The notes below the pieces were generated by a model, which was not told the origin of the DNA, searched no databases, and saw only the letters and a program-made list of their open reading frames with translations. A stretch of DNA of 64,000 nucleotides from IMG/VR virus record IMGVR_UViG_3300032087_002549; one strand, written 5' to 3'. The translations under genes and the position numbers were made by a program. Shown here in pieces: positions 11,090-21,585 of this stretch (position 1 is the first letter of the stretch; each line of letters starts with the position of its first letter). This DNA is from an uncultured virus (IMG/VR IMGVR_UViG_3300032087_002549). Lineage: Duplodnaviria; Heunggongvirae; Uroviricota; Caudoviricetes; Crassvirales.

Positions 11090-11800
11090 TTAATCTTGGT
11101 CTGGATCAGTAAAGTTTTTCAATAAATTTTCTCCAAATTTTCCTTCACCTATAAGACCACCTAACGCAATACTACTAGCGCTACCTAATGCACTAGCAAA
11201 ACCAGCTTGTGAAGCTTGTCTAGCTTGTAACATCTGCGCTTGAGCATTATCTAATAACGCAGCAGATCTATCTTCATCTCTAAACTGTCTAGCTTCTGTC
11301 ATTTGTTGTGTAAACGATGTACCTCTTATTTTTAATGCGTCAGCTTGTGCGCCTATTTGCGCTCTTGCTACCTCAGCTCTTTGTTGACCTTGTGCTCTTA
11401 ACTGCTGAGCTTGTATTTCTTGTTTTTCAATATTAGCAGATATACCTCTTTTACTTTTTAATGCTGCTTGAGCTAAAGCTGTGGCGCCACCAGCACCCGC
11501 ACCTGTAGCTCTAAGAGTATCTAGTGTGTTAGCTAAACTAATGTCAGCTTCTTCTGCTTGAAACTCTGAAGCTTGCGTTGCAACACCAATGTTTGCAAAT
11601 GGGTTTGTTATATCGCTAGATCTATCTTTAGCTAAATTACCAAGATTATTTAAAGCTTGCCTTTGACCTTTCAAGTTACTGAAAGCTCTTTCTGCATCTT
11701 TATATCTGTCTTCTGCAGCTGCCGCTCTTTTCTTAGCGCCGAAACCTTGTATTAAGCCGCCTACTATATTAGTAGCAGCTCCTATTAAAGCCATGCTCAT
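11090..11800 (-). CDS. Probable DNA ejection/pilot protein
   Basis: 236 aa, Ala/Gln/Gly-rich with hydrophobic Gly-rich ends and central coiled coil, typical of podovirus ejected proteins. Confidence 0.55.
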   Translation of the reverse strand: MSMALIGAATNIVGGLIQGFGAKKRAAAAEDRYKDAERAFSNLKGQRQALNNLGNLAKDRSSDITNPFANIGVATQASEFQAEEADISLANTLDTLRATGAGAGGATALAQAALKSKRGISANIEKQEIQAQQLRAQGQQRAEVARAQIGAQADALKIRGTSFTQQMTEARQFRDEDRSAALLDNAQAQMLQARQASQAGFASALGSASSIALGGLIGEGKFGENLLKNFTDPDQD

Positions 11801-11815
11801 ATTACTATAATTTTA

Positions 11816-13150
11816 TTAGACAGTAACTTCTCCATTAACTGAAAATAATTCAGCCTTTGAATCATTGGAACTTTCATTAGGTTCCCAGTACTGCATTGTT
11901 ATGTTTGAAAAATATCCTTTTAAACCAGATGTTTGAAAATGGCTGTTGTCTTGATAAAAATCAACCGCCTTATTTCTTAATTCACTGTAGTAAAAACCTT
12001 CTTTTTTAATAAAGCCTACAGTTTCACCTGTTCCTATTGTTGTACCTTCTTTAGGTATCTCATATGCTGTGTTAAGATCATCGTAACTATTTGATGCTCC
12101 GTAAACAGCGTAACCACCTGTTGAAAAATTAGTCATATTCCAACCAGTAGTTCCCTCGTAATCAAGGGTTAAAAATGTTTTGACTGATGATGGTTCCATG
12201 TTAAATAGAAGTTTAACATATGATGGATCGTTAAATGATGCGTCATAAAAATTACATCTTGCAACCGTTTCGTCATGTTGTCTGTATAAGTTTGATAAGT
12301 GATATGTGTAAAACTCATTTTTTAAACTTACACCGTGTGTTGCTTTGTATGTATAAAAACTAACCCAGCCACTAGCTCTCTCGTCAAATGCCAATGTGCC
12401 ATAAGTTGTTACGTCGGCTGTTGCTGATGCGCTAGATGCTATTACACCTCCATCAACACCTGTTCCTTCTAATGTTATAACATATTGTTTCTTTTGTTCA
12501 TCAAATGCTCCATATATAGTATCACACACTTTTAGGTTATCTTTAAACCAGTCTTTCATACCAGCGTCTGATATAGGAGTTATACCATCTGTTGATAATC
12601 TACATACAACGCCTCTTTGCTTATCTGCAAAGTATTTTCTGTTACCAAAGTATGCAAAACTTTCAGGGTTTTTGCCAATACCATATTTACCAGAATAAGG
12701 AGTTATTTGTCCTATAACGTTAGCGCCTGACGCTGTTATAGCTTGTCCTTCAGCTGTAAATATAGCGTCTTTATCTATTAAAGCTCTATTAACTTTATTC
12801 TCTTGAAATATATTTAAATTAGTGTCTTCAGCGTGTAGTTTTTGTACACTACCATTATTTATATCAACAGCTCTTGTTATTGATTGACCTGATGGAAATT
12901 GATTCAATTCATTAACAGTAGTTCTAGCGTTGAATATACCACTGTATGTTAAAGCGTTTTTTCTTACCCTACTTTTATATTCTTCGTCTGTTATATGAGC
13001 TCTTGCACCAATATCCATTTGAATACCATTGTATTCACCTTTTATTCTATTTTCTTCAATGTGATATACGCCAGGCGCTTCTGCTGTACCGCTTCTACCA
13101 CCTTGTATTATTATGGCGTTTGAAAATGCTAATTCTATTACTGCTCCCAT
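11816..13150 (-). CDS. Tail nozzle/stabilisation protein, C-terminal-like part
   Basis: 444 aa. GIGKNPESFA...YFADKQRG.VCRLS.DGIT.IS..GM motif resembles podovirus tail stabilisation beta-propeller proteins. Confidence 0.55.
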   Translation of the reverse strand: MGAVIELAFSNAIIIQGGRSGTAEAPGVYHIEENRIKGEYNGIQMDIGARAHITDEEYKSRVRKNALTYSGIFNARTTVNELNQFPSGQSITRAVDINNGSVQKLHAEDTNLNIFQENKVNRALIDKDAIFTAEGQAITASGANVIGQITPYSGKYGIGKNPESFAYFGNRKYFADKQRGVVCRLSTDGITPISDAGMKDWFKDNLKVCDTIYGAFDEQKKQYVITLEGTGVDGGVIASSASATADVTTYGTLAFDERASGWVSFYTYKATHGVSLKNEFYTYHLSNLYRQHDETVARCNFYDASFNDPSYVKLLFNMEPSSVKTFLTLDYEGTTGWNMTNFSTGGYAVYGASNSYDDLNTAYEIPKEGTTIGTGETVGFIKKEGFYYSELRNKAVDFYQDNSHFQTSGLKGYFSNITMQYWEPNESSNDSKAELFSVNGEVTV

Positions 13151-13159
13151 ATTTTAATT

Positions 13160-16100
13160 TTATGCTATTGGACAATCATATGTGCTTGCTGATATAACTC
13201 CAGAGCTTGAAGTTGCATGTCTAGGATTCAAACCAGACACTGTAAATGTTCCTTCTGCTACTGGATTATTTAATAATTTATCTGTATACACTATATTACC
13301 AGCGTTTACACCACCACTTTGACTAGGATCTGCTCCACCGCCACCACCAGTAGATGATTTAACATAATAAGTTGTAGCTGGTTGACTATATTTTATAGTA
13401 CACACATTATTACTAGCTCCAGCTAAATAATGAGCATCTATAGCTACTGAAACTCTTGGAAATATTGTAAATGCTGTAGCGCTTACACCAGTTGGTGATG
13501 TTAAACCACCGTTATCCGTAAACACCACTTGTATTGCTTTTCCTGATATGTTATCACCACCAAAGAAACCACTGAAAGTAAATGTATTATTTGTTCTTAT
13601 TGAAAAAGTACCGTCTTGTCCAGCTGGATTAATATCAAACATACTAGCGTTTGTTCCACTTAAAGCGGCTGTCATGCCTGTGTTATTTAATGCTGAGTTT
13701 GCAGATCCATTAACAGCTGTTATAGTACCTACTTGATAACCTTTTCCACCACTACCGTAAGTACTATGATTATCTATAAAACCATTAGCGTTAGTTCCAA
13801 CAGGGTTACTATTTGCTACACTAACTGTTATTGTTTGTAGCGAAGAAGCATTATTACTTTGCGTTGCTCTTAATAAAATACTATAATCATCAGAACCGTC
13901 ATTACTAAAACCAAATTGATGTCCTACTTTTAACATAAATCTAGGATCAATATTACCTGACGCTCCAGCTTGTTCGTTAGTTATAGCTACTATATCATGA
14001 TTAGCGTCTAACTGAACAACACATTGTCTTTGATTAGTAATATTTGTTGAGTAATTATCATAAAACCATATTTTATAAAAACCAGCACCAGTATTAGCTA
14101 TTGATGAAATATTAGTTGCTTCATTTGTAAGATTAGTACCTTCTGATGACAATGCTAAAAGCTCTGTGTATTTAAATCTAGCCGTGATAACGCCAGGATT
14201 AGTCAATGTTAAATCAATAGCGTTAGCAGCGCTTGCTGTAGACTGTTTAGCAGAGTGTTTAACTACTGTAATATCATCTTCTTGATCAATTTCAAACTTA
14301 CCTAAATCAGTACCATCAGTTTCATCATTATTTGTAACAGACATTAATTGAAAGTTTGATATAGTATAACCTTGACTTGTTGGGTCATCTACAGTTGCTG
14401 TTAATTCACCAATTTGTTTTTCTAATTTACTATTATTTGTATAATCAAAACTTTCTGGAAAATTAGCTGTCAAAGCTGCTGTATAAGTATCTTTTTCAGC
14501 TGTATCTGTTATTTTTATATTAGTTGGTCCAGAAGAAGCTGCTTCGCACTGGTCATTTAAATCAGGCACAGTACCACACGTTGCTGTTTCATAATATATA
14601 TCTAAATTTGATTGAAAAGGTTTTGTTTCAAAAACAGTTAAACCTTTGTCTTTAGCTTTTGGATAACCAAATGGTCTATCATTATTTGCATCATCTGCCG
14701 CGACAATAAGGTCACTTTCTTGAGTAAACTCACCGGTTACATTTACTATTTCATTATCTAAGTTTGGTAATTCAGCTACTGTTGGATTTTTCTCTGCATC
14801 GTGTAGAAAATCATATACTCTTTCTCTATCTGGTAAGCTTCTAGGTATAAAAGCTCCGTCTGTAAAAGGTCCGTTTTTAGCATTAGATATACTAAATAAA
14901 CCTTGTGACTTAGCATCGCCAATACTTATAACATCAATATACTCCTGACCATCAACACCCATTTTAGAATCAAAATGATTACTAACTGCGGTTGCTTGAG
15001 TTCCATCGTTTATTTGTACAACTTTAGGATATAATTGTACTTCTGAACCAGCTGTACCATCTTTAAACTCATCAATATCTTTTACAGATCTAGGTACTTT
15101 ATTTATATTATCACCCGTTAAACTAAACCATGATCTTGATTTTGATGTTTGGTTAAATTGACCAGCGATTACTTGATCTTGATCATCAGCATGATTATTT
15201 GGGTTAGTTGTTACAGTTTTACCAGCTGTAACTGACCAGTTATTCATTGGGTGCTGAGTATAAACGTTATAATATTCTTGCTCTGTTTGTTTAATTACAA
15301 CTTTCCACGAGAACCAACCATTTGGATTATCTTCATAATGATGTGTATTTGTGCTTGGCACTATTCTAGAGTCTTGAAAATCTACATTTAAAGCTTTACC
15401 ATATGTTTTAAATGTATTTTCCCAGCTGCCATCTGTATTAGCGTTATATGGATCGGTTTCAGCTACTACTGTATGTGTATCAGATAAGTCATCAGTTTTA
15501 TAAGTTGATGGTATTACCGGTGACATTCTACCATATCTATCACACAATACTACACCTGCTTGATAAGTTCTTCTTTGTTTTACAGTGTGAAACCTATGCG
15601 ATTGTGTGTTGTAATAAAAATGACCACTTGTAACTCCTTTTTCTACATTACCTTTGTTATCGCTTGATAAAAAGAAGCTTATACCTCTATTACCAGCTTC
15701 ATCGTTGGGTATATCATAACCTAATGTTATATTTCCATAAACTATTCTATTACCAACTATTTCTTGAGCTTTTGCTCTAACTGGAACATCGTCAGCAACT
15801 CTTATTAATTGTTTTTCTGGTAAAACTTTAAATGGTTCTTTTGCTTTATATGTATAATCTATAGCTGTTCTATAATAAGTAGCACCAGCTTTTGGTGTTA
15901 CTGTATAATTACTAAAAGGTCTTGTTGATTCGTTGTTAGCAGCATCAATATTTATAGTATCTACAAGCTTAACAGATAAGCCGTTTGATTCTTTTAGTAA
16001 TATTTCTACATCTTTTATTCTTAAACCTTTATCATTATTATAACCATTGTTTACTACATCAACGTTGCCACTATCAGTTTCAAACTCTGTAACAACAAAT

Positions 16101-17281
16101 GAATCGTTTACACTTGGTAAAGGTATACGCATTATAACTTTATCATAAGCGTTTTGCATTATAGGAAGAATACCTGTTTCAACAACATTTTGTGAAGATA
16201 TATTTACTTTAGGCTCGTTTGTAGTTGCGTTTACAGATGTGTCAGGAGAAAATTTAAGCACACCAGCATTTAAAGGTTTAAATACAGGTTGTGTAAATGG
16301 TGATATTATAGAATACGTACCGTCTTTATATTTATATCTATATGCAAATCTAATAAATCTTTCTTGCATATAATCAGACTTAACGCCTATATTAGAATTT
16401 GGATTAGATGTAATTAATGTTTGACCATCAGCTGTATTAGGATAAGCAGTTAATGTTATCGTAGCATTACCACCGCTACCTGTTATTGTTAATACATCAC
16501 CTACGCTGTAACCATAACCTACGTCGTCTGGTGATATTGTAACTGCTGTTACAACACCAGCGTTAACAGTTGTTATATTTACTTTTAAGCCAGTACCAGT
16601 TCCACCTGTGGTTACTAAGTCGTTAGCTACAGAATAACCAGTTCCACCAGCAGTTACATTAGCAGTAGCTTCAATTATGTTTGGCTTATTTAACATTGGT
16701 GCTAAATATGGTGCTACTTTTGCAACTGATATTTTTTCTTCTTGTGCGTCTACATAATAAGTTGTATTATTTCTAGCTAAGTCTACATCTATAACTCTTG
16801 GTGAGTTGTAGTTATCTGTAAAATATAAATAATTACCTATCGTATTTACACCTGTTATAGGATGTGTTTTTGTAAAATTTAAATACAAGCCTGATGCTAA
16901 AACCTCTTCAGCGTTGTTACCTTCTTTCATTACAACTTTCATCCTATGCTTGTTTGAATTTTGTTTCGCCCTCTGCATATTATGTATATCTGCATTTGGA
17001 GTTGTACTTGTGCATGAAGTTGTAAACCAAAATATTCTATCGTTAGAAACATCTACATAAGAACCTATTGTAACTACATCTATAGCGTTGCCTTCATCTA
17101 GAACTTCTTGAGTTGTAAGTTTTTTATTACCTCTAATATTTTCAATAGCTCCAACGTCTGAACCTTCACTTGTAGCTATAGATATATTTTGAGCTTCTCT
17201 ATATTCACCACCCGGAACGAGTCTTTCGTCCAGATCTTTATTCATACGAGCTTTAGTAAAAATATTTTTTATTTTTGGCAT
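13160..17281 (-). CDS. Tail stabilisation (nozzle) protein with C-terminal beta-rich extension
   Basis: 1373 aa. N-terminal MNKDLDERLVP.GEYR.A.NI, RFAYRYKYKDG.YS and GNRIVYGN motifs as in crAss-like/flavophage stabilisation proteins. Confidence 0.6.
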   Translation of the reverse strand: MPKIKNIFTKARMNKDLDERLVPGGEYREAQNISIATSEGSDVGAIENIRGNKKLTTQEVLDEGNAIDVVTIGSYVDVSNDRIFWFTTSCTSTTPNADIHNMQRAKQNSNKHRMKVVMKEGNNAEEVLASGLYLNFTKTHPITGVNTIGNYLYFTDNYNSPRVIDVDLARNNTTYYVDAQEEKISVAKVAPYLAPMLNKPNIIEATANVTAGGTGYSVANDLVTTGGTGTGLKVNITTVNAGVVTAVTISPDDVGYGYSVGDVLTITGSGGNATITLTAYPNTADGQTLITSNPNSNIGVKSDYMQERFIRFAYRYKYKDGTYSIISPFTQPVFKPLNAGVLKFSPDTSVNATTNEPKVNISSQNVVETGILPIMQNAYDKVIMRIPLPSVNDSFVVTEFETDSGNVDVVNNGYNNDKGLRIKDVEILLKESNGLSVKLVDTINIDAANNESTRPFSNYTVTPKAGATYYRTAIDYTYKAKEPFKVLPEKQLIRVADDVPVRAKAQEIVGNRIVYGNITLGYDIPNDEAGNRGISFFLSSDNKGNVEKGVTSGHFYYNTQSHRFHTVKQRRTYQAGVVLCDRYGRMSPVIPSTYKTDDLSDTHTVVAETDPYNANTDGSWENTFKTYGKALNVDFQDSRIVPSTNTHHYEDNPNGWFSWKVVIKQTEQEYYNVYTQHPMNNWSVTAGKTVTTNPNNHADDQDQVIAGQFNQTSKSRSWFSLTGDNINKVPRSVKDIDEFKDGTAGSEVQLYPKVVQINDGTQATAVSNHFDSKMGVDGQEYIDVISIGDAKSQGLFSISNAKNGPFTDGAFIPRSLPDRERVYDFLHDAEKNPTVAELPNLDNEIVNVTGEFTQESDLIVAADDANNDRPFGYPKAKDKGLTVFETKPFQSNLDIYYETATCGTVPDLNDQCEAASSGPTNIKITDTAEKDTYTAALTANFPESFDYTNNSKLEKQIGELTATVDDPTSQGYTISNFQLMSVTNNDETDGTDLGKFEIDQEDDITVVKHSAKQSTASAANAIDLTLTNPGVITARFKYTELLALSSEGTNLTNEATNISSIANTGAGFYKIWFYDNYSTNITNQRQCVVQLDANHDIVAITNEQAGASGNIDPRFMLKVGHQFGFSNDGSDDYSILLRATQSNNASSLQTITVSVANSNPVGTNANGFIDNHSTYGSGGKGYQVGTITAVNGSANSALNNTGMTAALSGTNASMFDINPAGQDGTFSIRTNNTFTFSGFFGGDNISGKAIQVVFTDNGGLTSPTGVSATAFTIFPRVSVAIDAHYLAGASNNVCTIKYSQPATTYYVKSSTGGGGGADPSQSGGVNAGNIVYTDKLLNNPVAEGTFTVSGLNPRHATSSSGVISASTYDCPIA

Positions 17282-17284
17282 GTA

Positions 17285-18409
17285 CTAGTGTTTAATTTGT
17301 TTTGACTTACCTCTCATAACTTGTGTAAGTTCTTTTATATTTAAGTTAGATAGTCTAAGTTTAGCGTTACGCATAGCAGCTCTTCTTTCTTTTCTATATC
17401 TATTTACGATATACTCTGGAATATTTGCTCTTGTAGAAAGTAAACTAAATGTAATATATTTATATAAAGCATCTTCAGCCATTTTATGTACTTTCATTTC
17501 ACTGTCAGTAGCTAAACCATCTGATACGTATTTTATTGTTATAGTTCTACCGCTTAGTGATGAGTCAAATCCAAACTGACCACCAACTTCATCAACAGTA
17601 AATACACCGTTCATGTTTGTTAGCTCAGGGTTTGCTCCGTATCTACCTGAAAAAGAAGATAATCTATTGGCTATATAATGTGTATATAAAAAATAATCAT
17701 CATTAGTAACAGTTCCATCAAATACATCTTGATTAAAATTAGCGTTAAATCTATCAACTGTCATACCTGGATTTAATGTAAGCTCTCCACCGTCTTCATC
17801 AAATAAAAATTCACCGCTACCACTTTGAGCAATTGATTTACTAGGTCTTGATGTGAATCTTGCAGGAAATACAGGATGTTCTACACCATGTGTATCAACC
17901 CAATGTATACCAATAGTGCTTACATAATCTTGAGGCATAGGCAATTTTAATGTTGGTGGAACATCAAGCTCTATATTTTTTTCCATACGAGATATATCGT
18001 AACTAAATTCTTGTATACCTCTTTTTGCATGAAATATTATTTCAGATCTATCAGCGTGCGGTATTAATTTACCATTACCAACAAATGCTATTTTAAAGTT
18101 ATTAATTATATCTTTTAATTTTATATACCTATAGTCACCTAATTCTCTATCAATAAGTTGTACTAACACAACATCACCTGCTGTTTTTCCAGATGTAAAT
18201 GTAATCTTACCAGCATTACTACCAGTAGCACCAGCGTAAGCATAAGTGCTAGGATTTTGTTCAGTTCCGTTTACAAAAATAAGAAAGTCAGTTATTGCGA
18301 CTGGCAATAAAGACATACTAAGAGTAAATACAGTTTGATCAGCCGTAGCTGTAAATTTCTGACTACTATTGTAATATTGTTCTGCTGTTGTTGTTCCTAA
18401 TAATCCCAT
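17285..18409 (-). CDS. Structural tail/ring protein
   Basis: 374 aa, in tail block, overlaps the stop of the upstream gene. Confidence 0.5.
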   Translation of the reverse strand: MGLLGTTTAEQYYNSSQKFTATADQTVFTLSMSLLPVAITDFLIFVNGTEQNPSTYAYAGATGSNAGKITFTSGKTAGDVVLVQLIDRELGDYRYIKLKDIINNFKIAFVGNGKLIPHADRSEIIFHAKRGIQEFSYDISRMEKNIELDVPPTLKLPMPQDYVSTIGIHWVDTHGVEHPVFPARFTSRPSKSIAQSGSGEFLFDEDGGELTLNPGMTVDRFNANFNQDVFDGTVTNDDYFLYTHYIANRLSSFSGRYGANPELTNMNGVFTVDEVGGQFGFDSSLSGRTITIKYVSDGLATDSEMKVHKMAEDALYKYITFSLLSTRANIPEYIVNRYRKERRAAMRNAKLRLSNLNIKELTQVMRGKSKQIKH

Positions 18410-19170
18410 TATTGTTGTTGTTTAGCCATTGCAGCACCTTGACCTAATGATACAGCTTGCTGAACCACGTTAGGATCTTTTATTATAAATCCTGTATAAG
18501 CTAAGATACTTATTATTAATTCTGTTTCTTGTGATGGATGTAGTGTAAAATCTGTTGATCCTTCAGTTGTTGTTTGGTTTGTAAATGCCGTGCTATCATA
18601 TGTTTGAGTACCGTAGGTTGCATTTGTAGTATAACCCCATCTAGGTTCTGCTGGTACTTTTATGTATTTAATATTTGGATCACCTAAATTAGTTGTAGTT
18701 CCTGCTAAATAATCTGTTCTTACAGGTTCAACTACAATATCTGTAGCTCTCTGATAATAAACAGGAAATGAACTTGATGGTTTTGTTAATGGTGAGGATT
18801 TTAAATAAGGTAATCTATTTTTGTCTATTTTTTCAACTTCAATAGTTTCATCTGTTATTGTTATATCAATAACCTTATATACATCTGTTGGTAGAGTACC
18901 AACTCCATTTGTTAGTGTAATGTTACTTGAGGCATAAAACGGATCTATCTGTTCTTGGATTTTTACTGGTATATCAGCTAAAGCATCGTTTACTCTACCA
19001 GCTTTTTCAATATTTAAAAACCTGTTATAGTCGTAAAATAGCTTATCTAGTAATTCTAGTTGTGCTTGTCTTGCTAAATTGTTATACTCAGACGGTGTTA
19101 AATAACCTCTTTGTTCTTTGTTTAATATTGACAAGACTGATTTATATACCTTGTTTATGTTTATTGCCAT
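18409..19170 (-). CDS. Structural head-tail adaptor/ring protein
   Basis: Start taken at MAININKV (ATG with AT-rich leader). LNKEQRGYLTP.EYN motif, downstream of MCP. Confidence 0.5.
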   Translation of the reverse strand: MAININKVYKSVLSILNKEQRGYLTPSEYNNLARQAQLELLDKLFYDYNRFLNIEKAGRVNDALADIPVKIQEQIDPFYASSNITLTNGVGTLPTDVYKVIDITITDETIEVEKIDKNRLPYLKSSPLTKPSSSFPVYYQRATDIVVEPVRTDYLAGTTTNLGDPNIKYIKVPAEPRWGYTTNATYGTQTYDSTAFTNQTTTEGSTDFTLHPSQETELIISILAYTGFIIKDPNVVQQAVSLGQGAAMAKQQQ

Positions 19171-19228
19171 AATTTCTTTTTTATAGTAAGTGGTCACCCA
19201 TAGAGATGACCACCTCTATAAATGATTA

Positions 19229-20017
19229 TTATTTTAATCGTTTTTCAACTTGTTTGAAAACATCAACACCTTCATCGGTTTTAAACCAAGATGCTAGCGC
19301 TGAGTATGGGTTTTCATCAAATGGTACATCAAATAATTTTCTATCATTTGTGCCCCATTTAAAATGTCTGTTGTCGTCAGATAATTTTATTATTCTAGCT
19401 TCAACAGCTCTAATACCCGTGTTTCTAATGTTTATATCTTCATCATTAGCAAGATCTAAGAACAATTTTGCATTATTCCTAGCAAATACCATTAGATCAC
19501 GTTTAAGTTCCTTAGAAGTCATGCTAGACACTCTATTACCAATGTCTGTTCTTAGTATTGCTTCTGCTCTATCAATATCCATTGTAGCAGCCGCATTCAT
19601 TGCTTCTAATTCTAATTCTAAGTAATCTATATCACTTTCGGCTATCGCTTCAGCATTGTGCTCAATATACGTTTTACCTGATTCAGGGTGATATTTTGAT
19701 AAAAACTCTTGTAGTGTTCGTTGTTCTTTTTCGACGAACAATTGTCCGTTTCTAAATATGATATGACCTAATCTTTGAGGTCCTTTCATTTCATCAACAA
19801 ATACTGTGTTTTGATTTCTACAATATTTTATTTCTCTTTCATAACCTTTGTCTTCGTCAAAATAAAATAATTGTCTTGATTTTAATATATATACAGGTGG
19901 TATTGTTCTAATGTTTAATTCATATAACCTGTCTTTCACTTCCCAGCTTTGTCCTTTTGCCACTGGGTCTGGTAATGGTTGTTCAACAACAACCTTTTTT
20001 TCTTTTGTTTTTTTCAT
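19229..20017 (-). CDS. Phage protein downstream of MCP
   Basis: 262-aa ORF with normal composition. Confidence 0.5.
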   Translation of the reverse strand: MKKTKEKKVVVEQPLPDPVAKGQSWEVKDRLYELNIRTIPPVYILKSRQLFYFDEDKGYEREIKYCRNQNTVFVDEMKGPQRLGHIIFRNGQLFVEKEQRTLQEFLSKYHPESGKTYIEHNAEAIAESDIDYLELELEAMNAAATMDIDRAEAILRTDIGNRVSSMTSKELKRDLMVFARNNAKLFLDLANDEDINIRNTGIRAVEARIIKLSDDNRHFKWGTNDRKLFDVPFDENPYSALASWFKTDEGVDVFKQVEKRLK

Positions 20018-20040
20018 GATATAATATAATATAAGTTAGT

Positions 20041-20078
20041 AAAAAAATAAAGGGCTAGGCGCCGAAGCGCCTAACTCT
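20041..20078 (-). terminator. Rho-independent terminator after MCP
   Basis: Minus strand reads GAGTTAGGCGC-TTCG-GCGCCTAGCCC then TTTATTTTTTT. Confidence 0.8.
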
Positions 20079-20091
20079 TTAATATAAAGTA

Positions 20092-21552
20092 TTACTTAAG
20101 TAATACGAAGTTGTTAGCAGCTTGCGTTACTAAACATCTTTCAGATAAGTAGTTAATCTCCATCTTATCGATGTTTGAACTAGTTGGTCCACCAACTGAT
20201 CCAGTCACCCAAGACTTTAATTTTCTGTCATCTGCTTGACCCGCTCTATATCTAACGTGTAAGAATGGTCTTCTTACATTAGATCCAACTGACTGATCAT
20301 ATACTGAAGAAGTACCTGCAGGTATCATAATACCTTTGATACCACCAACTAATCCTCTTGTAGAAGAATCGTTTAAGTATTTCCAATCAGTTTTATAGAA
20401 GTCATAAGAACCTCTTCTAAATCCAGAGAATCCTAGGTTTAATGCCATATCAGATGAATTTTCAAATACACCGAAAGATGTACCGCCATCGTAGTTAGCA
20501 TTAATTTGACCTAACATATCATCAAAGATTAAGTTTGAAGCTCTATTAAGATATAACATGTTTTCTTCAATAGCACCTTGCTTATCTAGTTCAGCTAATA
20601 ATAAATCGAAATCTGCTAATGCGTCAGTCGCGTTATCAACTAAATTAGTAGCTACAATACCTCTGCTTTCAACAGCTGAGAATAAACCTTCAGAACCTTC
20701 AATGTCACCATAAGTGTCATGAAGTTGAGAGTCATTAGCGTCTGTACCAGAAGTTGCAACTTTTTCAGCTTCAACCATTGTCATTTCCATGTAGTCATTA
20801 AATCTTACTCTTGTGTCTCCAGAAGATTTAAGATACCATAAGTATCCACCTTGTCCGCTTTCACCAGCTACTTCGATCCAACCGATCTGAGCAGTGTCAG
20901 AACCATTGACTTCAAAGTGATCTTTGATGATCATTGGTCTGTTTGTGAAAGTTAAGAACTTAGGCTCAAGAGAACCTGACATAGTGTTTGTTCCTTTACC
21001 AAATTCAGATCCATATACAAAGAACTTTATTACTTGGTTGTCGGTACTTCCAATAGTACTAGAAACGTTTTCTACGTTTTTAGCAGCATAAGGAAATATA
21101 TCTAACGCTACACCATTTTTATAATCAGCTGTACTAGATTCAATACCCTGATTAACGTAGGCCTTAAATACAACACCTGCTACTGTACAAACTACAGTTG
21201 CACCTTTTCTAACTGCGTGTGCTTCTGTTACTCCTGTGTCGATGTTTTTAATTTCATCAACTAAACCAGTTGCTGGGTTGATTTGACCTTCATATGCTAA
21301 ATGCAATCTACCTTGTTCAGACCAAATAACTTGATCAGACTGTAGAGGCATTTCAGCACTTAACATTGATAAGAAACCAGAAATTGTTCTGTTTCCATAT
21401 CTGTCTACTTCTTGCTCATATAATTCTGGCAAATACTGTTTAGCCCACCCGTCATTTTGAATGTCTAGGTAGTTAGTATTTAATGCCATCTTTTGGTAAG
21501 CAGGAGAGACTACTGAGCCGGACGCTGGTCCGGCAAAACTTACTGTTGCCAT
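20092..21552 (-). CDS. Major capsid protein
   Basis: 486 aa, follows an acidic scaffold-like gene and precedes a strong terminator. WSEQGRL, GSEGLF and LGFSGFRRGSYDF motifs seen in flavophage MCPs. Confidence 0.8.
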   Translation of the reverse strand: MATVSFAGPASGSVVSPAYQKMALNTNYLDIQNDGWAKQYLPELYEQEVDRYGNRTISGFLSMLSAEMPLQSDQVIWSEQGRLHLAYEGQINPATGLVDEIKNIDTGVTEAHAVRKGATVVCTVAGVVFKAYVNQGIESSTADYKNGVALDIFPYAAKNVENVSSTIGSTDNQVIKFFVYGSEFGKGTNTMSGSLEPKFLTFTNRPMIIKDHFEVNGSDTAQIGWIEVAGESGQGGYLWYLKSSGDTRVRFNDYMEMTMVEAEKVATSGTDANDSQLHDTYGDIEGSEGLFSAVESRGIVATNLVDNATDALADFDLLLAELDKQGAIEENMLYLNRASNLIFDDMLGQINANYDGGTSFGVFENSSDMALNLGFSGFRRGSYDFYKTDWKYLNDSSTRGLVGGIKGIMIPAGTSSVYDQSVGSNVRRPFLHVRYRAGQADDRKLKSWVTGSVGGPTSSNIDKMEINYLSERCLVTQAANNFVLLK

Positions 21553-21585
21553 AATGTTTATTAATTTTTAATTTTTAACTTTGTT

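Noticed and set aside
19187..19213. GTGGTCA/TGACCAC hairpin as a terminator
   Set aside because: Long loop and no U-tract in the transcribed (minus) direction, so support is insufficient.
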